A stretch of 19,554 bases of DNA, taken from the NCBI GenBank assembly GCA_947626095.1, contig CANQQV010000023.1, positions 1 to 19,554 of the forward strand. The letters run 5' to 3'. The translations under genes were made by a program, and so were the position numbers. The stretch is from an uncultured Bacilli bacterium. GTDB taxonomy: Bacteria; Bacillota_I; Bacilli_A; RF39; UBA660. This document shows, in pieces, positions 1-7,843 of this stretch; within the stretch, counting starts at the first letter, position 1; each line of letters begins with the position of its first letter. Below the pieces are notes generated by a model. The model did no database searches and was not told the origin of the DNA. It worked only from the letters and a program-made list of their open reading frames with translations.

Positions 1-18
1 GGATGACTTACATCACCC
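1..18 (-). terminator. Hairpin downstream of the acidic repeat gene; probable terminator cut by the window edge
   Basis: Minus strand GGGTGAT-GTAA-GTCATCC forms a 7-bp stem (two G-U pairs) with a GNRA loop. Any U-tract would lie outside the window. Confidence 0.4.
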
Positions 19-81
19 TTAACAAAGCAATTCATTTATCAAATTTATTGTTTACCAACACTATTTGACAAAGAACCCTTT

Positions 82-2649
82 TTAATCGATTGGTTCACCA
101 CAACTTGGACAAATACTAGAATCTCCTGTTAATATAGTACCACAATTATCACAGAACTTAGTTGGTACAGGTTCTTCAACATAAGAAGCAGCTTGTCTTA
201 GTAACTCTTCAGAATTATCTTCTGTTTGTTCAAAAGTTGGTGTAAATGTTGGTTCACTAAATAATGTAGTTGGTGCTTCTGGAGCAGTTGGTTGCTCAAC
301 TGTAAACTGAATATCATCCGGATTAATTTCCGTTAATTCATTTATCTGATCAACATTATTTTGAACATCATCTGTATTTTCAATAATTGGCATTACTGGT
401 ATATTTTCTTCAGTATGCTCTTCAGGTTCCGGTATTTCTTCAATCTTCACTTCAACTGGTAAATCCTCTGAAGTTTCAGTCTCATCAATTACTGGCAATA
501 CCACATTTTCATTTGTTTCTTCTATTACTGGTTCTACAACTTCCTCAGTTTTAACATCAGAAATAATTTCCTCTATAGATTCCTCTATAACTGGTAAGAT
601 TTGTTCTTCAGTTTCTTCAATAATTGGTGCAATTCCTTCTGATTCAGTTACTTCCTTACCATTTTCTTCTTCACTACTAGATATTTCAACAACTGGTTCT
701 TCTTTAACTTCTGGTACTTCTTCTGATGTTTCCTCTATAACTGGTAATACTTCTTCCTCTGTTGGTGCTATATCTACTACTTCTTTAACTTCTTCTATAA
801 CAGGTTTTTCTTCTGTTTCTTCACTTACTACTTCTTCTATATTATCTTCTTTTTCCTCAATTATTGGTGATATTTCAATATTTTGAATAGAAGCATTTTC
901 TTCTTCCTGATCATCAATAACTTTTATATCATTATCAGTTTCTTCAACAATAATTGGTACTGGTTTTTCTTCTACAACTGGTTCAACAATTGGTTCTACT
1001 TCACTAATTACTGGTTCAACAACTTCTTCTTGCTTAACCTCAGTTTCTACCATAGGCTCTACTTGAACTTGTTTATCTTCTACATCCTGTTTTTCTTCTA
1101 CATTAGGACTTAATTGAACTACTTCATTAGTATCTTCTTTTTCACTTGTTTCTTTATTTGAATCTAACTCAACAATATTTTGTTGATTAGCAGCTATTTC
1201 CTCTGGAATAAACTGTTCTTGCTCAGTTATATCAAGAATTTCTTGTGATTGTTCTTCTTCATTTTCAATTATTGGAACATCAGAAACATTAGCAACTGGA
1301 ATCGCATCGGTTTCATGTTCTTCTGTAATATCTTCAGGAACATTACCTTCACTAATTTCTATATCAACGATGGGTGTTGCTGGAGCAGGTTTTATTTCTT
1401 CAGAAGTAGAATCATCTTTACTATCTTCTTCAACAGATTCCGATTGTAAAACAACAACATCAGAATCTTTTTGTTCTTCTACAACTGGTTCTGTTGGTTG
1501 AACTTCTTCAACTACTGGTGATTCACTTATCGCTTCAGGAACTGATTCATCAACTAGTTGTTCAGTTTCAACTGATTCTGCCGATTGTACTTCTTCTACC
1601 ACTGGCGTTTCACTTACTACTTCAGGTGCAGGTTCTTCAACTGGTTGCTCAACTACTATCTCCTCAGTTGGTTGTACCTCTTCTACTACTGGTGCTTCAC
1701 TTACTGCCTCAGGTGCAGGTCCTTCAACTGGTTGTTCAGCTACTACCTCTTCAGTTGGTTGTACCTCTTCTACTACTGGTGCTTCACTTACTACTTCAGG
1801 TGCAGTTTCTTCAACTGGTTGTTCAGCTACTACCTCTTCAGTTGGTTGTACCTCTTCTACTACTGGCGTTTCACTTACTACTTCAGGTGCAATTTCTTCA
1901 ACTGGTTGTTCTGCTACAACTGGTTCTGTTGGTTGTACTTCCTGTACCACTGGTGTTTCACTTACAACTTCAGGAGCTACTTCACCTTCTATAACAACAT
2001 CATTTTTAGTTTCGGTAACAACATTACCATTTGCATCTAAATCTGTTGCTTCAACAAACTCATCCTTATTAGTTAAGTCAACTACAGTTGATGATGAATC
2101 ATTACTAACTGTTTCTTCTTTTACTGGAACAGCTGTATCTTTTACAGGTTCAGAATCTTGAGCGTCTTTTGCTTCTTCAGCTTTTTCTTCTTGAACAACT
2201 GCATCATATATCATTTGCGTTATTGTATCTTCTTTATTTTCTTCATCATTTATAATCGTGCTAGGATCCACTTGTAAATTGTTTTCTAAAGCAGCTGGCG
2301 CTGGATTTGGATTATCAACAACTGCCGCTGTTTCTTGAACGTTACCTAGTGGTGCCTCCGTATCATTAACATTTTGAATCTGCATATCCACTGGCGCTGG
2401 CTCTTCTGGTGCTGGATTTGGATTATCAGGCATTATTAAATTACCTGGACTTGCATTAAAAATGTTATCAAAACTTGGTATTTCTGGAGCAGGTGCAGAT
2501 GTTTCGGATACTGATTCTTGACTAGTAGCCTCTGCTACAGCAGCCGCTTGCGCTGCTTGCTCAATCGCCGCCCCTTGTTCTATACTATTTTGCGGTTCTG
2601 CTACTACCTTTTCTTCATCTTTCTTTTTAAGTTTGTCTAATAAACCCAT
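82..2649 (-). CDS. Large acidic (E/V/P-rich), low-complexity repeat protein with C-terminal zinc ribbon
   Basis: 855-aa ORF. N-terminus MGLLDKLKKK, 29-aa tandem repeats, C-terminal FCDNCG-x9-CPSCG zinc ribbon. No signal peptide or TM segment seen. Confidence 0.85.
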   Translation of the reverse strand: MGLLDKLKKKDEEKVVAEPQNSIEQGAAIEQAAQAAAVAEATSQESVSETSAPAPEIPSFDNIFNASPGNLIMPDNPNPAPEEPAPVDMQIQNVNDTEAPLGNVQETAAVVDNPNPAPAALENNLQVDPSTIINDEENKEDTITQMIYDAVVQEEKAEEAKDAQDSEPVKDTAVPVKEETVSNDSSSTVVDLTNKDEFVEATDLDANGNVVTETKNDVVIEGEVAPEVVSETPVVQEVQPTEPVVAEQPVEEIAPEVVSETPVVEEVQPTEEVVAEQPVEETAPEVVSEAPVVEEVQPTEEVVAEQPVEGPAPEAVSEAPVVEEVQPTEEIVVEQPVEEPAPEVVSETPVVEEVQSAESVETEQLVDESVPEAISESPVVEEVQPTEPVVEEQKDSDVVVLQSESVEEDSKDDSTSEEIKPAPATPIVDIEISEGNVPEDITEEHETDAIPVANVSDVPIIENEEEQSQEILDITEQEQFIPEEIAANQQNIVELDSNKETSEKEDTNEVVQLSPNVEEKQDVEDKQVQVEPMVETEVKQEEVVEPVISEVEPIVEPVVEEKPVPIIVEETDNDIKVIDDQEEENASIQNIEISPIIEEKEDNIEEVVSEETEEKPVIEEVKEVVDIAPTEEEVLPVIEETSEEVPEVKEEPVVEISSSEEENGKEVTESEGIAPIIEETEEQILPVIEESIEEIISDVKTEEVVEPVIEETNENVVLPVIDETETSEDLPVEVKIEEIPEPEEHTEENIPVMPIIENTDDVQNNVDQINELTEINPDDIQFTVEQPTAPEAPTTLFSEPTFTPTFEQTEDNSEELLRQAASYVEEPVPTKFCDNCGTILTGDSSICPSCGEPID
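1471..1983 (-). repeat. Coding tandem repeat, 87-bp (29-aa) unit, about 6 copies
   Basis: The anchor (t/c)tcagg recurs at 1534, 1621, 1708, 1795, 1882 and 1969, an exact 87-bp period. Unit is approximately APEVVSETPVVEEVQPTEEVVAEQPVEET. Confidence 0.95.
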
Positions 2650-2698
2650 CTAGAATCACATCCAATCTAACCTTTACTACCCCTATCATACTATTTTT

Positions 2699-2707
2699 AT
2701 TATATCA
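2699..2707 (-). promoter_or_regulatory. Extended -10 sigma-A promoter for the acidic repeat gene
   Basis: Minus strand TGaTATAAT about 50 bp upstream of the ATG. The -35 is weak. Confidence 0.55.
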
Positions 2708-2765
2708 TACTTTTTTTATTATTAAAGTTATTTTTTTACACTTTAACTTTTATTTAAAAATCAAG

Positions 2766-2791
2766 AAAAAAATAGTGCTTAAACACTATTT
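2766..2791 (-). terminator. Rho-independent terminator of proS-serS
   Basis: Minus strand AAATAGTG-tttaag-CACTATTT followed by further T residues, overlapping the serS stop. Confidence 0.7.
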
Positions 2792-4072
2792 ATTTGGTAC
2801 TATTTTTTCTTTACCACCCATATATGGTTGTAATACTTTAGGAATTAAAATACTGCCATCTTTTTGGTAATTATTTTCTACTAAAGCTATTAAACCACGA
2901 GGTGATGCTACAACAGTATTATTTAAAGTATGTAAATAATATGTTCCTTTTTCTCCTTTAGCACGAATACCTAATCTTCTAGCCTGGGCATCAGTTAAAT
3001 TAGAACAACTTCCTACTTCAAAGTATTTTTGTTGTCTAGGTGACCAAGCTTCAATATCACAAGATTTATATTTAAGATCAGCTAAGTCTCCACTACAACA
3101 TTCTAATTGTCTAACAGGAATATCCATACTTCTAAAGAACTCAACTGTTAATTGCCACATCTTTTCATACCATTCTTTAGAATCTTCTGGTTCACAAATA
3201 ACAATCATTTCTTGTTTTTCAAATTGATGAACACGATATACTCCTCTTTCTTCTAAGCCATGTGCTCCACCTTCTTTTCTAAAGCATGGAGAATAACTAG
3301 TTAAAGTATATGGTAAATTCTCAGGTTTTAATACTTGATCTTTAAAACGACCAATCATTGAATGTTCTGAAGTACCGATTAAATATAGATCTTCGCCTTC
3401 AATTTTATACATCATCGCATCCATTTCGGCAAATGACATAACACCTGTTACAACATCACTTCTTATCATAAATGGTGGTAAGCAGTAAGTAAACCCATGA
3501 TCAATCATGAAATCTCTAGCATAAGTAAGCATTGCTGAATGTAATCTTGCAATATCACCTGTTAAATAGTAGAAACCTTCGCCACTAGTACGACCACTAG
3601 CTTCTTTATCTAATCCCATAACTCCTTCTAAAATATCAGCATGGTATGGAATTTCATAATCAGGTACAACAGGCTCGCCAAATCTTTTTAATTCAACATT
3701 CTTCGTATCATCTTCTCCAATAGGTACATCATCAGCAATAATATTTGGTATAACCATCATTTTTTCTTTAATCGTTGTTGCTAATTCCTCTTCTTTTTTC
3801 GTTAAAGTATCAATTTCTTCACCCATTTTAGCTACTTTATCTTTAACTTTATTAGCTTCATCAACTTTTTTCTCACGCATTAAGCTACCAATTTCAGCGC
3901 TTAACTTATTCTTTTCAGCACGCGCTTCATCCATTTTTTGTTTTGTATTACGATACTCAACATCTAAATCATAGATTTCATCGACTAAAGGTAACTTCGC
4001 ATCTTGAAATTTCTTTTTAATATTTTCTTTTACTAAATCTTTATTTTCTCTTATTAAATTAATATCTATCAT
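2786..4072 (-). CDS. serS: Serine--tRNA ligase
   Basis: N-terminal coiled-coil arm; GTSE (TxE) motif; motif 2 CFRKE...RVHQFEKQE; DIEAW; EVGSCSN; HTLNNT. Confidence 0.98.
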   Translation of the reverse strand: MIDINLIRENKDLVKENIKKKFQDAKLPLVDEIYDLDVEYRNTKQKMDEARAEKNKLSAEIGSLMREKKVDEANKVKDKVAKMGEEIDTLTKKEEELATTIKEKMMVIPNIIADDVPIGEDDTKNVELKRFGEPVVPDYEIPYHADILEGVMGLDKEASGRTSGEGFYYLTGDIARLHSAMLTYARDFMIDHGFTYCLPPFMIRSDVVTGVMSFAEMDAMMYKIEGEDLYLIGTSEHSMIGRFKDQVLKPENLPYTLTSYSPCFRKEGGAHGLEERGVYRVHQFEKQEMIVICEPEDSKEWYEKMWQLTVEFFRSMDIPVRQLECCSGDLADLKYKSCDIEAWSPRQQKYFEVGSCSNLTDAQARRLGIRAKGEKGTYYLHTLNNTVVASPRGLIALVENNYQKDGSILIPKVLQPYMGGKEKIVPNK

Positions 4073-4084
4073 ATTTATCTCCTC

Positions 4085-5506
4085 CTAATATTGTTTTCCA
4101 AAATAGATTTTCGTTTTAGCTTCTTTACCACAACAGATACATTTTCCATCTGGTTCATGATTATCAAAAGGTATACAACGCGACTTTAAACCTAAATCAT
4201 CTTTAATTTTATTTTCACAAGCCACATCGCCACACCAATTAACATAAGCAAATCCACCTTGCTTTTTACTCATTTCTTCAAGTTCCTCATAAGTCTTTAA
4301 ATTATATATCATACTATCTCTTCTCTTTAACGCACGATTATATAAATTTTCTTGAATTAAATCGAGTAATTTAATTATTTCCCTAACAATATCTTCCGTT
4401 TTAACTTTAATCTTTTCTAAAGTATCACGTCTCACAATTGTTACTTCATTATTTTCTAAATCACGAGGACCTATTTCAATACGTAATGGATAACCTTTTA
4501 CTTCAGCATTCGCAAATTTAAATCCCGGTGATTTATCACTATTATCAACAATATACGATATTCCCGACTCCTCTAATTTCAATTTTAATTCATTTATTAA
4601 GTCATTTACTTTATCATTCTCTTTAATCGGAATTAAATCAACTTTAATTGGCGCAATCTTTGGTGGTAGAACTAAACCAGCATCATCACTATGTGTCATA
4701 ATAAGGCCACCAATCATTCTCGTTGTACAACCCCACGATGTTTGATATGGTGTTTCTAGTTTGTTATCTTTATTTAAAAACTTAATATCAAAAGCTTTCG
4801 CAAATCCTTGACCAAAGTAATGACTGGTACCATTTTGTAAAGCTACGCCATCATACATCATTGCTTCAATAGTATAAGTTTCTTCAGCACCTGCAAATTT
4901 TTCTTTATCAGTTTTCTTACCAACAATAACTGGCATTGCTAAATAGTTTCTTTGAAAGTCTTCATAAACTTTTAACATCGTTAAAGTTTCCTTTAAAGCC
5001 TCTTCTTTAGTCGCATGCATTGTATGACCTTCTTGCCATAGTATTTCACGACTTCTTAAGAAAGGTCTTGTGGTACGTTCCCATCTTACAATTGTACACC
5101 ATTGATTATATAAAAGTGGTAAATCACGATACGATTTAATAATCTTTTTAAAATGATCACAGAATAGTGTTTCACTAGTAGGTCTCACACACATACGCTC
5201 TTCTAACTTTTCTTCTCCCCCATGAGTTACCCAAGCAACCTCAGGTGCAAAACCAGCTACATGATCTTTTTCTACTTGTAATAAACTTTCAGGAATAAAC
5301 ATTGGCATTTGCACATTTTGGTGACCTAATTTTTTAAATTCCTTATCTAATACATCAACCATATTCTCCCATATTGCATATCCATAAGGACGAATAATCA
5401 TACTACCTTTAACACTTGAATAATCAACTAAATCAGCTACACGAATAACATCCGTATACCATTTAGCAAAATCTTCATCTCTTTTAGTTATTTGTTCATT
5501 ATTCAT
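4085..5506 (-). CDS. proS: Proline--tRNA ligase, archaeal/eukaryote-like type (no INS editing domain)
   Basis: RPTSET, LYNQW...RWE..TRPFLRSREILWQEGHT, EKFAGA, QNGTSH, QTSWG and a C-terminal Zn-binding region (WCG..CE..RCIP..CICCG). Confidence 0.98.
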   Translation of the reverse strand: MNNEQITKRDEDFAKWYTDVIRVADLVDYSSVKGSMIIRPYGYAIWENMVDVLDKEFKKLGHQNVQMPMFIPESLLQVEKDHVAGFAPEVAWVTHGGEEKLEERMCVRPTSETLFCDHFKKIIKSYRDLPLLYNQWCTIVRWERTTRPFLRSREILWQEGHTMHATKEEALKETLTMLKVYEDFQRNYLAMPVIVGKKTDKEKFAGAEETYTIEAMMYDGVALQNGTSHYFGQGFAKAFDIKFLNKDNKLETPYQTSWGCTTRMIGGLIMTHSDDAGLVLPPKIAPIKVDLIPIKENDKVNDLINELKLKLEESGISYIVDNSDKSPGFKFANAEVKGYPLRIEIGPRDLENNEVTIVRRDTLEKIKVKTEDIVREIIKLLDLIQENLYNRALKRRDSMIYNLKTYEELEEMSKKQGGFAYVNWCGDVACENKIKDDLGLKSRCIPFDNHEPDGKCICCGKEAKTKIYFGKQY

Positions 5507-5520
5507 AATATCCTCCTATA

Positions 5521-5715
5521 AAAATAAAAAGGATGGTCCCTAAGGAGTGCAAAGCACGGTACCATCCTTTATTTAACTTAATATTATAACGGCATTACCG
5601 GCAGTGATTAACTGCTCTCGAAAGTAGATTCATTTATTTCTTTTAATCTGTTTTCACCATCCACAGACTCTCTACGTAAAAGTCATAAACTACTAATCTT
5701 TCTTTAAAACGATTT
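5521..5715 (-). ncRNA. T-box riboswitch leader of proS-serS
   Basis: Stem I with AGTA S-turn, AGAGA bulge, GGTGAAA apical loop and GAA-TCT-A specifier loop (TCT at 5628-5626). Short stem II GCAGT/ACTGC; CGG..CCGTTA element. Antiterminator AAGGA-TGGTACC-GTGC-TTT-GCAC-TCCTT (5569-5542), then a T-run. Confidence 0.93.
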
Positions 5716-5723
5716 ATGAACCT

Positions 5724-5752
5724 ATTTTATAATCTTTTAATGATTATGTCAA
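5724..5752 (-). promoter_or_regulatory. Sigma-A promoter of the T-box/proS-serS transcript
   Basis: TTGACA-N17-TAAAAT immediately upstream of T-box stem I. Confidence 0.85.
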
Positions 5753-7129
5753 TTATATATCTAACTTACTTACGGCAATAATCGCTAAAATAATAATGAC
5801 AATAGTTATAAATAAGATTCCTGCTACTATTGCTAATAGGATAGTTCCGCCTTTATCTTCTTTAACATCATCAGCTTCGACATAATTTTCAATAAAAGGA
5901 GCAATACGATTATAATATAACGCATTATTATCTTCATATAACTCTTTATCATCATTAGATTCTTTAATATTTTCTTTATACTTAGTTACTAATTCTTCTA
6001 TCATCGCTATATTATTTTTAATATTATCATAATATCGATTATATTCTTTATAATCTAAATGTTCTGTAATAACCTGATTAATAATTGGAACTAATGTATC
6101 TTTATTATCAATTATTAAATTAAGTAATTCCTTAATATCTTCATAGTAACTATTTATTAGATAAGATAATAACTCTTTTTTATCAACAATAAAGAAATTA
6201 AAGATTGTTTCATTATCTTTTAACGAATCAATACTCGTTATATATTTATTATATGAAGGCGATAATTCATAAGTATACTTTAATGACGATTTATCAATTA
6301 CTATTCCACTATTACTCAAATTATTATTTAAACTATTAATTAGTATTTCAAATACTTTCATATTTAAATAATCTTTTTTTAATTTATTAATATTTTTCTT
6401 TGTAATATCTGGTAATGAAGTAAATAGTTTAAAGACATAATCTATACTACTTTGATAATCTTCGACTGATTTAGCATTCTTTAAACCACGTTTAATATTT
6501 TTATCATGATAAGTTTCTAACTCCGTTCTTAGAGTAAAATTAGATGATTCTTCTTTAATAAATCTCAATGTTTCTTCTAAAGTTAAATATCTTTCATTTT
6601 TATTTTCAAAAGAAATATTTAAAATACCTTGTGGTTCCATCTTTTCATCAAATACACGATAAGTCTTAGCATAATTTATTTTTAAAAGATAAGCAATATC
6701 ACTCATTATTAATTCATAATCATTTATCACACTATTATCTTTTTTATAACCAACATAATTTTTATTAACTATTACTTGTTTTAAATAAGGATTTATCTCT
6801 TTATCTTCCTTTAGATGAGCTTGTTCTAGTACTTTAACGCCCTCTTCATAAGAAAGTAAATAACAGTTATTGCCTTTTCTTAACTTATCAATACTTGATA
6901 GATAATACTCTTTTAAAGTCGCTAAATGATTATTATGATTAATCTTTCTTACTTCATTAGAAAATTTATTATCTATTAATTGTTTTATTTCGTCTAAAGA
7001 TTTATTAGATGAAAGAAGTTTTAAAGCTAATTCATTAATTTTTTCTTCTGAATAAACTTTTCCTAGTTCTTCTAACGTTGCTAAACGTTCCTTAATATGT
7101 TCAATAATCGCTAATCTTTTTTCTTCCAT
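5753..7129 (-). CDS. Hypothetical protein with degenerate HipA/CtkA-like kinase fold and C-terminal TM anchor
   Basis: YELIMSDIAYLLKINYA...GILNISF, FEILINSLNNNLSNSGI and LSPSYN align by eye with HipA_C motifs (E...LG, FDxLIGNxDRHxxNxG, LAPxYD). Hydrophobic C-terminal helix. Confidence 0.6.
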   Translation of the reverse strand: MEEKRLAIIEHIKERLATLEELGKVYSEEKINELALKLLSSNKSLDEIKQLIDNKFSNEVRKINHNNHLATLKEYYLSSIDKLRKGNNCYLLSYEEGVKVLEQAHLKEDKEINPYLKQVIVNKNYVGYKKDNSVINDYELIMSDIAYLLKINYAKTYRVFDEKMEPQGILNISFENKNERYLTLEETLRFIKEESSNFTLRTELETYHDKNIKRGLKNAKSVEDYQSSIDYVFKLFTSLPDITKKNINKLKKDYLNMKVFEILINSLNNNLSNSGIVIDKSSLKYTYELSPSYNKYITSIDSLKDNETIFNFFIVDKKELLSYLINSYYEDIKELLNLIIDNKDTLVPIINQVITEHLDYKEYNRYYDNIKNNIAMIEELVTKYKENIKESNDDKELYEDNNALYYNRIAPFIENYVEADDVKEDKGGTILLAIVAGILFITIVIIILAIIAVSKLDI

Positions 7130-7155
7130 CTTTATACCTCTATCCTACTTTGATT

Positions 7156-7164
7156 ATTATATCA
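7156..7164 (-). promoter_or_regulatory. Extended -10 promoter for the HipA-like gene
   Basis: Minus strand TGaTATAAT ahead of RBS GAGGT and the ATG at 7129. Confidence 0.55.
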
Positions 7165-7191
7165 TAAATATTATGTTTATAAAACAAAGAA

Positions 7192-7219
7192 AAAATAATG
7201 TATTTAAAGACATTATTTT
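7192..7219 (-). terminator. Terminator after the spore coat gene pair
   Basis: Inverted repeat AAAATAATGT / ACATTATTTT with a T-run on the minus strand. Confidence 0.6.
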
Positions 7220-7532
7220 AACTATTTAATTCATCTAATTTAGTTTGTAAATCTTTTTGTTTTTGCTTAATCTTACTTGTTTCAGCTTCTTCTAATGTAT
7301 ACCAACCAAAATTCCAAGCTAATTCATAAGTTTCAGCTTGTATATCTTTAACAGTATCAAAGAAATCTAATATTTCATTATGTAATTTATCATTACTAGC
7401 TTCTGTTAAAGCAATTGCTGTATTCGATGTAATTGCTTTTTCTGAGGATAGAAAATCAACTACTAAATCACGATCATTCATCTCTTTAATTGCTTCTACA
7501 GAAACTTTATCACAAGCTACTTTTGTTGCCAT
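7218..7532 (-). CDS. Spore coat protein, Coat F domain (YusN-like)
   Basis: MNDRD...D.LSSEK......ALTEASN..L......Q...YEL...GWY matches the Coat F family pattern. Confidence 0.8.
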   Translation of the reverse strand: MATKVACDKVSVEAIKEMNDRDLVVDFLSSEKAITSNTAIALTEASNDKLHNEILDFFDTVKDIQAETYELAWNFGWYTLEEAETSKIKQKQKDLQTKLDELNS

Positions 7533-7738
7533 TACATCGCCTCCTCTAGAATCTTAAGTATTTTATCACAAACTTTTTCATGTTTTTTAGCTACTTCCCA
7601 AAAGTATTTACTAATTGTTTCATCTTGAACTAAATGGCTATATGTATTAGCTTTTTTTACTAAGGTAAAATGCCAATTAAATTGATCTTCTAAATAAGTT
7701 AAATCTTTAGTCGATATCATTTCTGGTACTTTTTTCAT
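7532..7738 (-). CDS. Small spore coat-associated protein (YuzM/YrzQ-like)
   Basis: ISTKDLTYLEDQFNW...KKA......QD.......H pattern, as recalled for the small ferritin-like partners of Coat F genes. Shares base 7532 with the next gene. Confidence 0.65.
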   Translation of the reverse strand: MKKVPEMISTKDLTYLEDQFNWHFTLVKKANTYSHLVQDETISKYFWEVAKKHEKVCDKILKILEEAM

Positions 7739-7758
7739 TTTATCTTCCTTTCTAATTT

Positions 7759-7789
7759 TATTATGTCTATAAATAATTATTTTTATTCA
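7759..7789 (-). promoter_or_regulatory. Sigma-G-like (forespore) promoter
   Basis: TGAATA-N18-CATAATA versus the B. subtilis sigma-G consensus TGAATA-N17/18-CATACTA. It lies just upstream of RBS AAGGAAG and the ATG at 7738. Confidence 0.65.
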
Positions 7790-7794
7790 TTTTA

Positions 7795-7823
7795 TTGCAC
7801 CAAACCATAAAATGTTTTATTCT
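7795..7823 (+). promoter_or_regulatory. Possible sigma-A promoter for the DUF3592-type gene
   Basis: TTGCAC-N17-TATTCT upstream of RBS AGGTGA. Confidence 0.4.
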
Positions 7824-7843
7824 AAAATAAATAAGGTGATAAA

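Noticed and set aside
1471-1983. Possible CRISPR array
   Set aside because: Whole units are repeated in-frame with no unique spacers, and no cas genes are present.
883-2040. Plus-strand ORFs (883-1113, 1249-1449, 1494-1994, 1585-2040) with repetitive L/V/Q or F/Y/C/W content
   Set aside because: Antisense shadows of the low-complexity repeat gene. Their composition mirrors the reverse codons and no RBS is apparent.
2683-2750. Direct repeat TATCATACT (19-bp period) and inverted AAAGTTA/TAACTTT upstream of the acidic gene
   Set aside because: Short and extremely AT-rich, so not distinguishable from chance; one copy is part of the extended -10.
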